The position numbers and the translations under genes were made by a program. A stretch of DNA of 64,000 nucleotides, from the IMG/VR virus record IMGVR_UViG_3300025723_000013. One strand, written 5' to 3'. This DNA comes from a virus. Taxonomy: Duplodnaviria; Caudoviricetes. The notes under the pieces are model-generated. The model ran no database searches. It saw only the letters and a list, made by a program, of their open reading frames with translations, and was not told where the DNA came from. Shown here one piece after another: positions 50,682-63,200 of the stretch (position 1 is its first letter; every line of letters begins with the position of its first letter).

Positions 50682-53600
50682 ATGATACCGTCAACAACAA
50701 ATAAATATCTGGTCGCCGAGAACTGGACAAAAATTTATCAAAGTTTTAAAAACGCAGAATTTCAAAGTTATGATTTTGAAACGCTGCGTCGTACAATGAT
50801 TACCTATCTCCAGCAGAATTATCCCGAAGATTTCAATGATTATATTGACAGCAGCGAATTTATAGCATTAGTTGATCTTATTGCATTTTTGGGACAAAAT
50901 CTCAGTTTTCGTATTGATTTAAATGCTCGTGAAAATTTCATAGAAACTGCCGAACGTCGAGACAGTATTCTTCGTTTGGCCTACTTGATTAATTATAATC
51001 CATCCAGAAATATTTCCGCTAATGGATTCTTAAAAGTATCATCGGTATTTACAACAGAAAACATCTATGACTCTAATGGCATTAATCTTGCCAATAACAT
51101 TATTGGTTGGAATGATCCAACAAACCCTAATTGGTACCAACAGTTTATTACTGTTATGAACGCTGCTATTTCGTCACCAAATGCATTTGGAAATCCGGCA
51201 GCCAGCAAAGTAATAAATGGTATACAAACAGATCAGTATAAAATTAATTCAAGCGGAAATGGACTTCCGGTTTTTGGTTTCAATGCAAATATTGCAGGAA
51301 CTTCCATGCCATTTGAATTGGTATCCTCGAGTTTTGCCAATAAAAATTACATTTATGAAGAACCCCCGCGTCCAGGCAATCAGTTGGGTATCATATTTCA
51401 AAATGATAATCAAGGAAGCGGTAGTGCCAATACAGGATTTTTTGTTCAATTCAAACAAGGAGCTTTGGCATCCAGTACTTTTAGTATTGATAGCCCGGTT
51501 CCAAACGAATTAATCGGTGTCAATGTAAGCAATATTAACAATACAGATGTGTGGTTATGGCAATTGTCATCAAACGGATCAACTCCCAACACATTATGGA
51601 CTCAAGTTCCTGCAGTGACAGGTAACAATGTAATTTACAACAGTATCAGCTTAGGCAATCGTAATTTTTACGCAGTTATAAGTCGAGCCAACGATCAAAT
51701 TGACCTTTCTTTTGCAGATGGCAGTTTTGGTAATCTGCCTAATGGTAGTTTTATTTTATATTATAGACAAAGCAATGGACAAACTTATTCTGTTACTCCA
51801 CAGCAGATGAATAATATATCAGTACAGATTCCTTACACCAACAAATCGGGACAATCTCAAAATCTTACCTTGGTTTTGAGTTTACAATATACAGTATCTA
51901 ATGCCGCTGCAAGTCAATCCAATAGTGATATAGTATTAAAGGCTCCGCAAACCTATTATACTCAAAATAGAATGATCACCGGGGAGGATTATAATATTGC
52001 TCCTTTGAATGTTGATCCTGATATCATCAAGGTAAAAAGTATAAATCGTGTTAGCAGCGGTATAAGCAAATATTACGAATTAACTGACATAAGCGGAGCG
52101 TACAGTTCAACGGATATTTTTGCCAGCGACGGCATTTTATATAAAGAAACAAATCTCAATAACTTTGAATTTTCTTTTACTACCAGAAATCAAATTTTTT
52201 CCACTATATCAACTCGTTTGGCCTCTGTAATAGATTCTCCAAGTTTTTATGCATTTTATTTAGATAGCAATAATTATCCAAGGATTAATTTGCAATCGTA
52301 TAATCTCAAATGGACGCAGTCCACCACTGCCAATAATGATCAATCTACTGGATATTTTAGTGCATTGTCCGTATCAAGTTTTACCCCGGTCAGCATAGGA
52401 TCATTTGGAAGTAATAATTTAGCTTATCTTGTTCCAGGAACATTAATTAAGTTTATACCCCCAACTCCTGGACAATATTTTTTGCCAAATGGCAAATTGA
52501 CCACTGTTGCTGATGATACTACAGTATCTTATATATGGATACAGATAGCAAATGTAATCGGCGATGGATCCAATACCGGACTAGGAACTCTCAATAACGG
52601 GACAGGCCCTGTTATATTGTCCGGAGTGGTACCAACTGGATCTATACCTACAGAAGTAATTCCTCCTTTCCAAACAATTCTACCGTATGGATTAGAAGTA
52701 GAAATAGCGAATCTTTCTTTGGCCAAAAGAAATTTTGGGTTAAGCTTCAGTGTTTCATCCATGACCTGGTTAATAATCGAAGACACCAATCTCAATTTAA
52801 CAAGTCCTTTTAGTTTATCTAATCAAGGAAATGTAAGTAATTCAAATTTAGATTCCAGCTGGATGGTAGCATTTCAATGGACAGGTCAGCAATACACAGT
52901 AATGTATCGAGTGGTAGAATATATATTTGAAAGTCAAGGACAAACTGCTTTTTTTGTTGATTCATCAACAAAAAATTATGATTTTACAACCGACACGGTT
53001 ATAAAAGATAGAGTAGATGTGCTTTCAAATAACAGTGTACCTAACAATTCAAATGTTTCGTCAACCACATACAAAGATGTCAATGTAATTGTGTCTCCAA
53101 ATGGATCCGTAACAATAGTGTCAAGTGACACTAATCAGCCGCTTGCTATTTTAAATTCTGCCGGATTAGGAATAAATTATTCTTGGCAAATTAACAGCGC
53201 TGTGGTTGAATCCGACGGATATGTCAATCCACAAAAGGTTTTGGTAAGTTTTTATGATAGTAATAATAATGGACAAATACAGGATCCTGATATGTTTGAT
53301 ATTATTGTTGGAACCTCCACCATAAATGCACAAACAGGATTTAACGATAAATTTGTCTATTTCCAATATTCGTCCGATGGTTCCACATACAGTTTATACA
53401 ATGGAACAATTTATGCGTATCCTTCGTTTGATTATGTTCCTAGTTCCATGCGTATAGACGGACAACTATATTATTTTTATGTGCCCAACATTATCTCGTC
53501 TTATTCGGTTATTACAAATTCCTTTTCAATACAAACATTTGCTAATTCAAATAATCCATTGTATTTTGCCTATCCTGGTAGGAAGGGTTTGAAATTTCAT

Positions 53601-54218
53601 TATGTACATAACAGCGGATCACAACGAAGATTAGACCCTAGTAAAATGAACATTGTTGATGTCTATTTGCTCAGCAGCAGCTATGACATCGCTTATAGAA
53701 ATTGGTTAAGTAGCGGAACAGGAACACCTCCTTTGCCGCCTACTACACAAAGTCTAGAAAATACTTATTCTGCTACATTAGAACCAATAAAAGCAATCAG
53801 TGACGAGATAATATATCATCCTGCAAGATATAAGGTATTGTTTGGAAGTCAAGCAGCCCCGGCACTGCAAGCAACATTCAAGGCCGTGCAAAGTGCTTCA
53901 AGTACAGCAAATACCACGGAATTACAAACTAAAATACTCAATGCAATAAATCAATTCTTTTCAATTGAAAATTGGGATTTTGGTCAAACCTTTAATTTTG
54001 GAGAATTATTAACGTATGTTATGAATATTATGACCCCCGATATTGTAAATTTTGTGATAGTTCCAAATTCGTCAGATAGCGTGTTTGGAAATCTTTTTCA
54101 AATCACTTGCGAAAGCAATGAGATATTTGTTAGCGGAGCAACTGTTAATAATATACAAATTATCAATAATTTAACAGCGTCTTCGCTGAACGCATCTTCT
54201 CTAGTGACCAGTAGCTAA
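50682..54218 (+). CDS. gp6: Baseplate wedge subunit gp6-like (1178 aa)
   Basis: FQSYDFETLR...DSSEFIALVDLIAF...ARENFIETAERRDSILRLAYLINY...QNRMITGEDY are gp6 motifs; follows gp25; ATAAATA at 50650-56. Confidence 0.88.
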   Translation: MIPSTTNKYLVAENWTKIYQSFKNAEFQSYDFETLRRTMITYLQQNYPEDFNDYIDSSEFIALVDLIAFLGQNLSFRIDLNARENFIETAERRDSILRLAYLINYNPSRNISANGFLKVSSVFTTENIYDSNGINLANNIIGWNDPTNPNWYQQFITVMNAAISSPNAFGNPAASKVINGIQTDQYKINSSGNGLPVFGFNANIAGTSMPFELVSSSFANKNYIYEEPPRPGNQLGIIFQNDNQGSGSANTGFFVQFKQGALASSTFSIDSPVPNELIGVNVSNINNTDVWLWQLSSNGSTPNTLWTQVPAVTGNNVIYNSISLGNRNFYAVISRANDQIDLSFADGSFGNLPNGSFILYYRQSNGQTYSVTPQQMNNISVQIPYTNKSGQSQNLTLVLSLQYTVSNAAASQSNSDIVLKAPQTYYTQNRMITGEDYNIAPLNVDPDIIKVKSINRVSSGISKYYELTDISGAYSSTDIFASDGILYKETNLNNFEFSFTTRNQIFSTISTRLASVIDSPSFYAFYLDSNNYPRINLQSYNLKWTQSTTANNDQSTGYFSALSVSSFTPVSIGSFGSNNLAYLVPGTLIKFIPPTPGQYFLPNGKLTTVADDTTVSYIWIQIANVIGDGSNTGLGTLNNGTGPVILSGVVPTGSIPTEVIPPFQTILPYGLEVEIANLSLAKRNFGLSFSVSSMTWLIIEDTNLNLTSPFSLSNQGNVSNSNLDSSWMVAFQWTGQQYTVMYRVVEYIFESQGQTAFFVDSSTKNYDFTTDTVIKDRVDVLSNNSVPNNSNVSSTTYKDVNVIVSPNGSVTIVSSDTNQPLAILNSAGLGINYSWQINSAVVESDGYVNPQKVLVSFYDSNNNGQIQDPDMFDIIVGTSTINAQTGFNDKFVYFQYSSDGSTYSLYNGTIYAYPSFDYVPSSMRIDGQLYYFYVPNIISSYSVITNSFSIQTFANSNNPLYFAYPGRKGLKFHYVHNSGSQRRLDPSKMNIVDVYLLSSSYDIAYRNWLSSGTGTPPLPPTTQSLENTYSATLEPIKAISDEIIYHPARYKVLFGSQAAPALQATFKAVQSASSTANTTELQTKILNAINQFFSIENWDFGQTFNFGELLTYVMNIMTPDIVNFVIVPNSSDSVFGNLFQITCESNEIFVSGATVNNIQIINNLTASSLNASSLVTSS

Positions 54219-54231
54219 GGAATTTTATTAA

Positions 54232-57200
54232 ATGGCCAATACATCGACTACTATTAGAAAATCAGTTAATTTACTTCCTACCTATTTTCAAACTAACGTA
54301 AATTCTAAATTTCTTGCTAGTACTATTGATCCTTTAATTTCTGTCCCGGAATTGGTTCGTATCAGCGGGTTTGTAGGGAGCAAACTAGATGTAACCTACA
54401 ATTCATTAACAGATGTTTACATCTCAGATTCAAATTCATCTAATGCCACTAGTCTAAGACAAAAATATCAATTGCAGCCGGCGTTAACCATGTCCGATGT
54501 TGATCAAAATATCACAAAGGCTTATGGGTTTGACGATTTAGTAAATCAATTAGGCGTATACGGAGCCAATACCAAAAATTTCAACAAGTTATTTTCTCCA
54601 GAAGTCAATGCCTACGATCCACATATTGATTGGGATAAATTTGCCAATTTTAATCAATATTATTGGCTTCCGGTAGGACCTGATCCTATTTCTATTTCTG
54701 GACAGCAGCAAAATACAATTAGCACATATGCCGTAACCGATTCCCCGGATGGTCATTATTTTATTTTTTCACCCGACGGAGTTACAGAAGATCCGTTAAC
54801 TACACTTTATAAAGGTGTAACTTATGTTTTTAACGTAAATTCACAAAATACGTTTTACATAAAAGCAAACAATCAATCCGGCGATTATGCAGCACTTACA
54901 TCCCAGGATGGAGTGATTAATAACGGTACCAGCACCGGACAGATAATTTTTACGGTAGGAGATACGCTACCTGGAACATTATTTTATGGATCAAGTAATA
55001 ATGATGTAGTTGTAGGCACTTTCTTGATACGACCCATACAGGATAATTCTTCAATTGATGTTGATCAAGACATTGTAGGCAAAGTTACTTACAAAACAGC
55101 CAACGGAATTCAATTTATCAATGGTTTGAAAATTCAATTTGTGGGAAATGTTACTCCTTCTTCGTATCTCAATAAAACGTTTATTGTAGAGGGTGTTGGT
55201 AAATCAATTACCCTGGTGGATTTTTCTACGTTGGTGACTCCGGAAATGGTTGGAACAATATTTGATGAAAATTTTGACGCCACAAATTTTGATGACTATC
55301 CGTTTGATGGAAATAAAACACTACCTTTAACTCCGGACTATATCACAATAAATCGTGCTAGCAGAGATCTAAATCCATGGACAAGATATAATCGATGGTT
55401 TCATGCAGATGTAATTACAACTACCGCGTTGGCCAACGGAAATATTCCAGTTCTTCCATCAACAGGCAGAGCTCAACGACCCATCATTGAATTTGAACCA
55501 AACATTCAGTTATACAATTTTGGAACAAATGCTATAATTCCGGTTGACATCATTGATCAAACTAGTGCTGATGTTTTCTCTACGATCGAAGGATCAACTG
55601 GCTATACAGTCGACGGAGTTGCTCTAACTTCGGGACAGCGCATTATATTTCTAGCAGATACTGATTCATTGGTATATGGAAATGTTTTTGAGGTTACATT
55701 TGTTTCTATAAACGGACAATATGTTATTAATTTGGTAGAAACGTATTCTCCTGTCACAGGCGACGGTGTCAGTATCACACAAGGTGATATAGGACAAGGA
55801 ACCCAATGGTGGTTTAATGGATCACAATGGAATTCTGCTCAAGCAAGATCAAAATTAAATAGTCCTCCTTTATTTGATTTATTTGACGGATCAGGTAACA
55901 GTTTTAGTGATAAGACATATTATGATTCAATTTTTTATGGTAATCAAATTTTTGGATATTCTATTGGTAAAGGTGCCGATGATCTGATATTGGGATTTCC
56001 ATTAAATTATTACCAAAACATTGGAATTGAAGGTTCCTATCTATTTGAGAATTATTTTAATAACGGATCATTGTCCTTATTAAACGGTAATCAAATTACT
56101 ACTATTCAAACCTCACAAACTTTTTTACGTGTCAATCAAGGATCAGCTGGATATTCTTATGAAAATGTTTGGACTGCTGGCGCTCCTTACCAGTTAGCTG
56201 TTCAGCAATTCCAAGTAGCTCCGGCAGGAACTTCAACTATTCCGGTTACCGTATTTGATAATTCCAGTTTAATAACCGATTTAAAAATTTCCATATTTTT
56301 AGATACAATTAAATTAAACACCGATGCTTACACACTCACGACAGCCAGTAATGGATTATCATTGAATGTTAATTTTGTTAACACGTTAACAACTGTGACA
56401 AATGTATTGTTCAATTGTTACACCAGCTCTAATCCTAATGAAAAAGGCACATATGAAGTTCCTTTAAATTTAACAAATAATCCGCTAAATGGTCAGATCG
56501 AACAGTTCACTCTTAGCGAACTATCAAATCATGTTCAAACAATGACTCAAAATGATCCTGATTTTTTGGGATTATTTCCTGGAGAAAGTAATTTAAAGAG
56601 TTTGCCGACTGCAAATAGATACGGCACAAGATTGATTAGTAACAATAATCCGCTGTCTTTTGCGCAGATATTCTTGACAGACATTGAACATAGTCTTATT
56701 AATGCAACCAGAGCAGCAGCTTCCGATTATTATCAATTTAAATTAAATTTACTTAAATTAATTTCACAGTCCGATCAGTTTGTAACGCCAGGCGGAATAC
56801 TTGATCAAGCTATTGGTTTGTTGATCAAGAATAAAAATTATACATTTCCTTATTCATTGAGCGATATGATTCCATATGGGGATAATTATGTTTCAAAATC
56901 GTATACTGTCAAGGATATTAGAAATATAAAATATCCTTTGCCGTCTGTTTTTGATATAACAAAATTATCAAATAGAGCCGTTTTAATTTATCAAAATGGA
57001 AATTTACTTACATATGGAATTGATTATATATTTGATCCTGATAATCCCAGTGTAACAATAATTGCATCTCTGAAAAAAGGAGATACAATCAACATTGTAG
57101 ATTACGTCAGTACTGTAGGGTCATATGTTCCGCCTACACCTACAAAATTAGGACTTTATCCTAGTTATGCTCCTTTGATGTATTTGGATAGCAGTTACGT

Positions 57201-60200
57201 AAATGGTCCTGTTGTGGTCATACAAGGTCACGACGGAAGTCTCACTGTAGCTTATACAAAAGTTGCAGATTATAACAATAAAAATATTGATTTTCGAGAT
57301 CTGGCATTATTGGAGTATGAAAAACGAGTTTTTAATAATCTTAAAACTCAATACGATCCTGATCTTCTAAATATAAACACTGTTTTGCCAGGAGTATTTA
57401 GAAACAACGATTATTCTTACAATGAAATTTATAAATTAATTGAAGGAGATTTTATTAATTGGACTTCTGCCTACAACATAAATTTCATTGATAATGCAGC
57501 TTATAATCCTGATTACTCTAAGACTTACAACTTTAAATCTGCCACTGATTATATCTTTAATAGTGTGATTCCGGGAAACTGGAGAGGCATGTACAAGTAT
57601 TATTTTGATACCGAACGTCCTGATACATGCCCTTGGGAGATGTTAGGATTCACGATCAAACCCATTTGGTGGGAAACTGAATACGGGCCCGGACCTTATA
57701 CTTCCGGAAACTTGAACTTATGGCAAGACCTTGAAGCAGGATTAATACGACAAGGTAACAGAGCCGGTGTAGATATGACGTATGTGCGTCCAGGTCTTAG
57801 TAAAATAATTCCAGTTGACGCCAGTGGTAATACCGTGGACATTAGACAATGGGCGAGTCTTGGTCAGAATGGATATATTAATAATCCGGATCAAGATTGG
57901 GCGTTTGGTGATAATGGGCCTGCAGAAAATGCATGGAGACGTAGTAGCTTGTGGCCTTTTGCTGTTCAGATTGCTTGTGCATTGGCCAAACCTGCCGATT
58001 ATGCGGCCAAAATGTTTGATCCAAGTCGATTGAGGAAAGATGTCACCGGGCAATACAAATATGGCCCTAACAGTTTATTTTTAAGTCCTAGCAATGTCAG
58101 TTTGTTCACCGATGTAGACAGTTCAGGAAACACAATTCTATCAGCTGGATACAGCGTCTGGGTAATAGAACATGGTAAAAAACGATCAGCAACTTATCTA
58201 TCATCTCTAAAGCAGGATTTATCATTTTTAGACTTTAATCTATTTTACAAAATAGGAGGATTTACTGATAAAAATCAATTGGAGATCGTGATTGATTCTG
58301 TAAGTCCTAATACCGTGGCGCCTGGGGTATTATTTCCAGGGAATGATTATACTTTATTTTTTAATGTCAGTAATCCAATCAGATCGGTATCTATTTCTGG
58401 AATTATTATTGAAAAGAAAAATGGGCAATTTTTAATCAAAGGATATGATAAGCAAAATCCATTTTTTACAATCAATGCGCCAATACATCAAACTAATGAT
58501 ACAATTGTCTCAGTTGGGGGGAAATCCCCGCCATTTTTAAATTGGGCTGAAAACACATTATATATTGCAGGACAATATATAAAATATAATAACACATTTT
58601 ACACAGTATCAAACACCATTAATTCGGGCACAGCCTTCAATCCGACCGATTATATAAAACTTTCTCAGTTGCCCACTATTGGAGGAGCTACTGTATTAGG
58701 TACATTTAATTACAGTTTCAATGATACAATTATACCATATGGAACATATTTTAGCACTCTGCAAGAAGTGTATGATCTTATAGTAGGATACGGACAATAT
58801 CTTGTTAGACAAGGATTTGTGTTCAACGAATACAATTCTAATTTAGGAGTTACGCTAGATTGGTTTTTTTCTGGAAAAGAATTCCTATATTGGACCACAC
58901 AAAACTGGGCAGATGGTTCCGTAATTACTGTAAGTCCTTTTGCTGACAAAATACAGTACAAGTTCACCAATGCTGCGGTTGATAGTGTGCTTGATAGTTT
59001 TTACAATTACAGTTTATTGAACGCTAGCGGAAACGCATTTCCTTACCAAAATATAGGTGTCAGTAGAGAAGATGGAATATGTTCAATTTCTACAGTGAAT
59101 ACTACCGACGGATTATATTTTGCTAGATTAAATTTGGTACAGAAAGAACATACCATTGTTATGAAAAACAAAAGTATGTTTGGCGATATTGTTTATGATA
59201 TTGAGACAGGGTATCGTCAGGCAAGAATACTATTGTCCGGATTTGTAACTGGAAAATGGAATGGCAACTATCTAAGTCCTGGTTTTGTCTACGACGATGT
59301 TTCCGTTTCTAATTGGAAGGCCTATATTGATTACAGAGTTTCAGACGTTGTAAAATACAATGGGCAATTTTATTCTGCCAATCAAAATATTACAGGATCA
59401 TCTACATTTGTTCTAACACAATGGGATGTATTAGGATCCGCTCCAGTAGCACAGTTATTGCCGAATTTTGAATATCAAATTAATCAATTCCAGGATTTTT
59501 ACAGTTTAGATGTCAATAACTTCAATGCTACACAACAACAGTTGGCGCAACATCTCACAGGGTATACTCCAAGACAATATCTTACAAATATCTTTATTGA
59601 TCCAGTAGCACAATATAAATTTTATCAAGGATTTATTAGAGAAAAAGGAACTTATAATTCTATCGAAAAATTGGCCAAGGCCAGCATACATAATCTACAA
59701 GGACAGATCAAGTATGACGAAGAATGGGCGTTTAGAGTAGGATCATATGGCAATTACTTGTCATATGACCAACTGGAATTTCCTTTAGATGAAGCAAATT
59801 TTGTAGAAAATTCACAAATAATACAATTTGTTGATACGGTTCCTGTGGTTCCATTTGATCCTATCTCCTATATAACACCTGCACAGGTGAGTATCAAGCC
59901 AAACAATTATTCCTCAAATAATGTTTTTGCCACTATAAATTCATCCACCTACACAAATACAAATTTTGTTTTACCAGTGGCAGGATATGTAAGAACAGAC
60001 GATGTAACTGCAACTGCTTACAATATTGGCAGTTTGTTAGATATAGCAAATAATAATTTGCTGAATGATGGCAATACAATTTGGATAGGATTTACCAGCA
60101 ATAGCGATTGGGATGTTTTTAGATACACCAAACAAATGGCCAAAGTAATTGGGACACAAATATCTATCCCAGCAACGTCATTACTTTTCATAACAGATTC

Positions 60201-63200
60201 ATTCCATAATTTAGTGGTGGGTGATATTGTTTCCATTAGAGGATTGGACAATGGAACCGATGGTGTTTATAAAGTTCTAGGAATTCCGTCACCAACTTCA
60301 TTTACAATCAGTTCTACACTGGTGCAGGTGCAGACTCCTACTGTGAGCGCACTGCTATATAAATTTATCAGTGTGAGAATCAATAGCTTTGATGATGTAT
60401 CTTTATTACAACAGTATGTAGATTTTAAAGATGGAGATAAAGTATGGGCTGACAGAGGAGATGCCTCAACTCCGTGGGCAGGATGGGAGGTATATCAAAA
60501 AACGTATAATTATTCTACCGCTAGCGATATCTCAGTTGGCGGAGTTGCGATTGGACAGCAATTTGCATATCAGATGGCAACTAGATATAATAACAATACA
60601 CTGGTGATATCTGCGCCCAGCTATTACGGAACAGCGGGTGCTAATGGAAACATTTATGTTCTTGATATTTCTAATATAAATCAGCCAATCACGGTAGCAA
60701 ATTTTTCTCTGTATCCCACATCAACAAATCCTAATTTGGAAACAGCATTAGGATTGGGTGCATCTTTGGCCTATGATGCAGAGCATGATATTGTACTGGC
60801 AGGAGCTCCTAATCAAAGTATTGTGCAATTTACAGGCATCAACAGATCTATAAACGCTAATACATCTACCGTTCAACTGTTTGATCTAACCAGTAAATCT
60901 GGATTTGGTAGATTTGGCAGCACTATTTTCCTGGCAGAAAATGGTGACCAATTTGGAAATAAAATTTTATTGGTTGCATCACCGGATGAACAAGGTGGAC
61001 CAATCTATGTATATGGGTTTAATGCAGCAAACAATACAGCTACTTTTGCATATACATTTACTCCTTTGAATGTGTTTCCTTATCATACAAGAGATTATGT
61101 AATCGCAGGCAATAGTAATGGAAGTACCATTGCAGTCGCCACTCTTGATCATACTTCTGGAAATAACGGTGTTGGAATTTACAACAGTGTAACTGGATTT
61201 CAGTATGCCACGCAGATATTAGATTCAGTATCTGGAGGATTTGGATCTGCGATGGCCATGTCATCCGATGGTATGTATTTGGTTGTATCAGCTCCATATA
61301 ACAATAATGGAATGGTGTTAGTTTACAAACTTCAAAATCATCAATATACAAAAGTTCAGGAAATATTAAATCCATCCATGGATAAAAATTTGTATTTTGG
61401 TACTGCAATTACCATTGACAATAGCGCAAATAAATTAATTATTTCATCAAGCGGAAAACAAAAATTCCAATTAACATTTGACAAAAATGGAACCACTTTT
61501 GATAATACCTCATTAACATTTTATGATTATATTGAAAATTCCGGCGTAGTTTCCATATACGAACGTAAAAATATCAATTTTGTTTTTTCCACAGAACTAA
61601 AAATTAATATAGATGCTGTCAATTCTTTAGGTGCCGGAAATAATTTTGGAAAATCGCTTGCAATTAACTCAAATAATATATTTGTAGGCGCTCCGGGGAT
61701 TAATGCATATAGCAGCGTTGGCAATGTGTATGCATTTACGGAATTGAATCCGCCTTCGTTGGGTTGGAAAACTTTAAGGCAGCAAGACTCATTAGTTGAT
61801 GTATCCAAGATAAATCGTGCAATTACCATTGATACTACAATTGATCAAGTGCAAAATTATTTAGATGTGATTGATCCTATCAAAGGCAGAATAGCAGGTA
61901 TTGCAGAACAAGAATTAACATATAAAACCCTGTATGATCCTGCAGTTTACAGCGTTGGAACACAACAGGTAGTTGTTGATACCAATACCAGTTGGATTGA
62001 AGATCACGTGGGCGAGCTTTGGTGGGATTTATCTACAGTAAAATACATTTGGTATGAACAAAGCGATTTAGAATATAGAAAAAATTCTTGGGGAAAAATC
62101 TTTCCAGGAGCAAGCGTAGATGTATATGAATGGGTCACTAGCAGTTATCTTCCTAGTCAGTGGAGTGCTCTTGCAGATACTCCTGATGGACTAGCCAAAG
62201 GAATAAGTGGACAACCCAAATATCCAGATAACAGTGTTGTGAGTGTCAAACAATACTATAATGGAGCCACTGGCGCGACTTCAAACATTTATTATTATTG
62301 GGTAAAAAATACAGTTGTTCTTCCTGCGCAGATTAATAGACGATTGTCTGCCAATGATGTTGCAAGTGCAATTTTTAATCCTGCAGGATATGGATTAGAA
62401 TTTGTTTCTATACTTTCTCCTAACGCACTTGCTGTTACAAATTTAATTTCAAATTTAATAGGAGACACTGTCAATCTAAATATTTCTCAAAATCTTATTA
62501 ATAATGATATCAAGAGACATACGGAATGGATACTGCTGGGCGAAGGAGTGGCTGCTGATCAGCCTACTACTCTTTTAAATAAAAAACTGATTGACAGTTT
62601 GGTTGGTCAGGATAGCCTGGGTAATCAAATACCTGATCCATTGCTCAGTGATAGACAAAAATACGGAATTGAAATACGTCCACGACAGAGTTTATTTGTT
62701 GATAGAAAAGCAGCCCTCAGAAACGCTATTGAATATGTCAATACCGTTACATCTCAGTACTTAATTACAGATATGATTGATTTTACACTGCTTAATTCCA
62801 AGCAAGAAATACCTGCGGTCTATCTAAATGAATACGATCAATTGGTAGACGTTTACGATGATTTGTTAGAAATAAAAACCAGTCTATTTTCGCCAGCAAT
62901 TCTGACCTGTAGCATCAGTACAGGTACTGGCACTGTTGGAACTATTTCTTCAGTGAATATAATTAATCCTGGATCATATTATGGAACATTGGTTCCTATA
63001 TATAGTTCAACAGGATCAATCTTAGCATATCAAGGTCCTACTGTACAAATTTATTCATCGGCAAATTCATTAGATATAAGCGGAGCTGTAATTACCACAC
63101 AGGTAAATGCTGCAGGTAGCATTATAACCGCAACAATTGTGAATCCTGGAAATAATTTTACAGTCAGTCCTATTCTCGCAGTGAGACCTTTCACAATTAT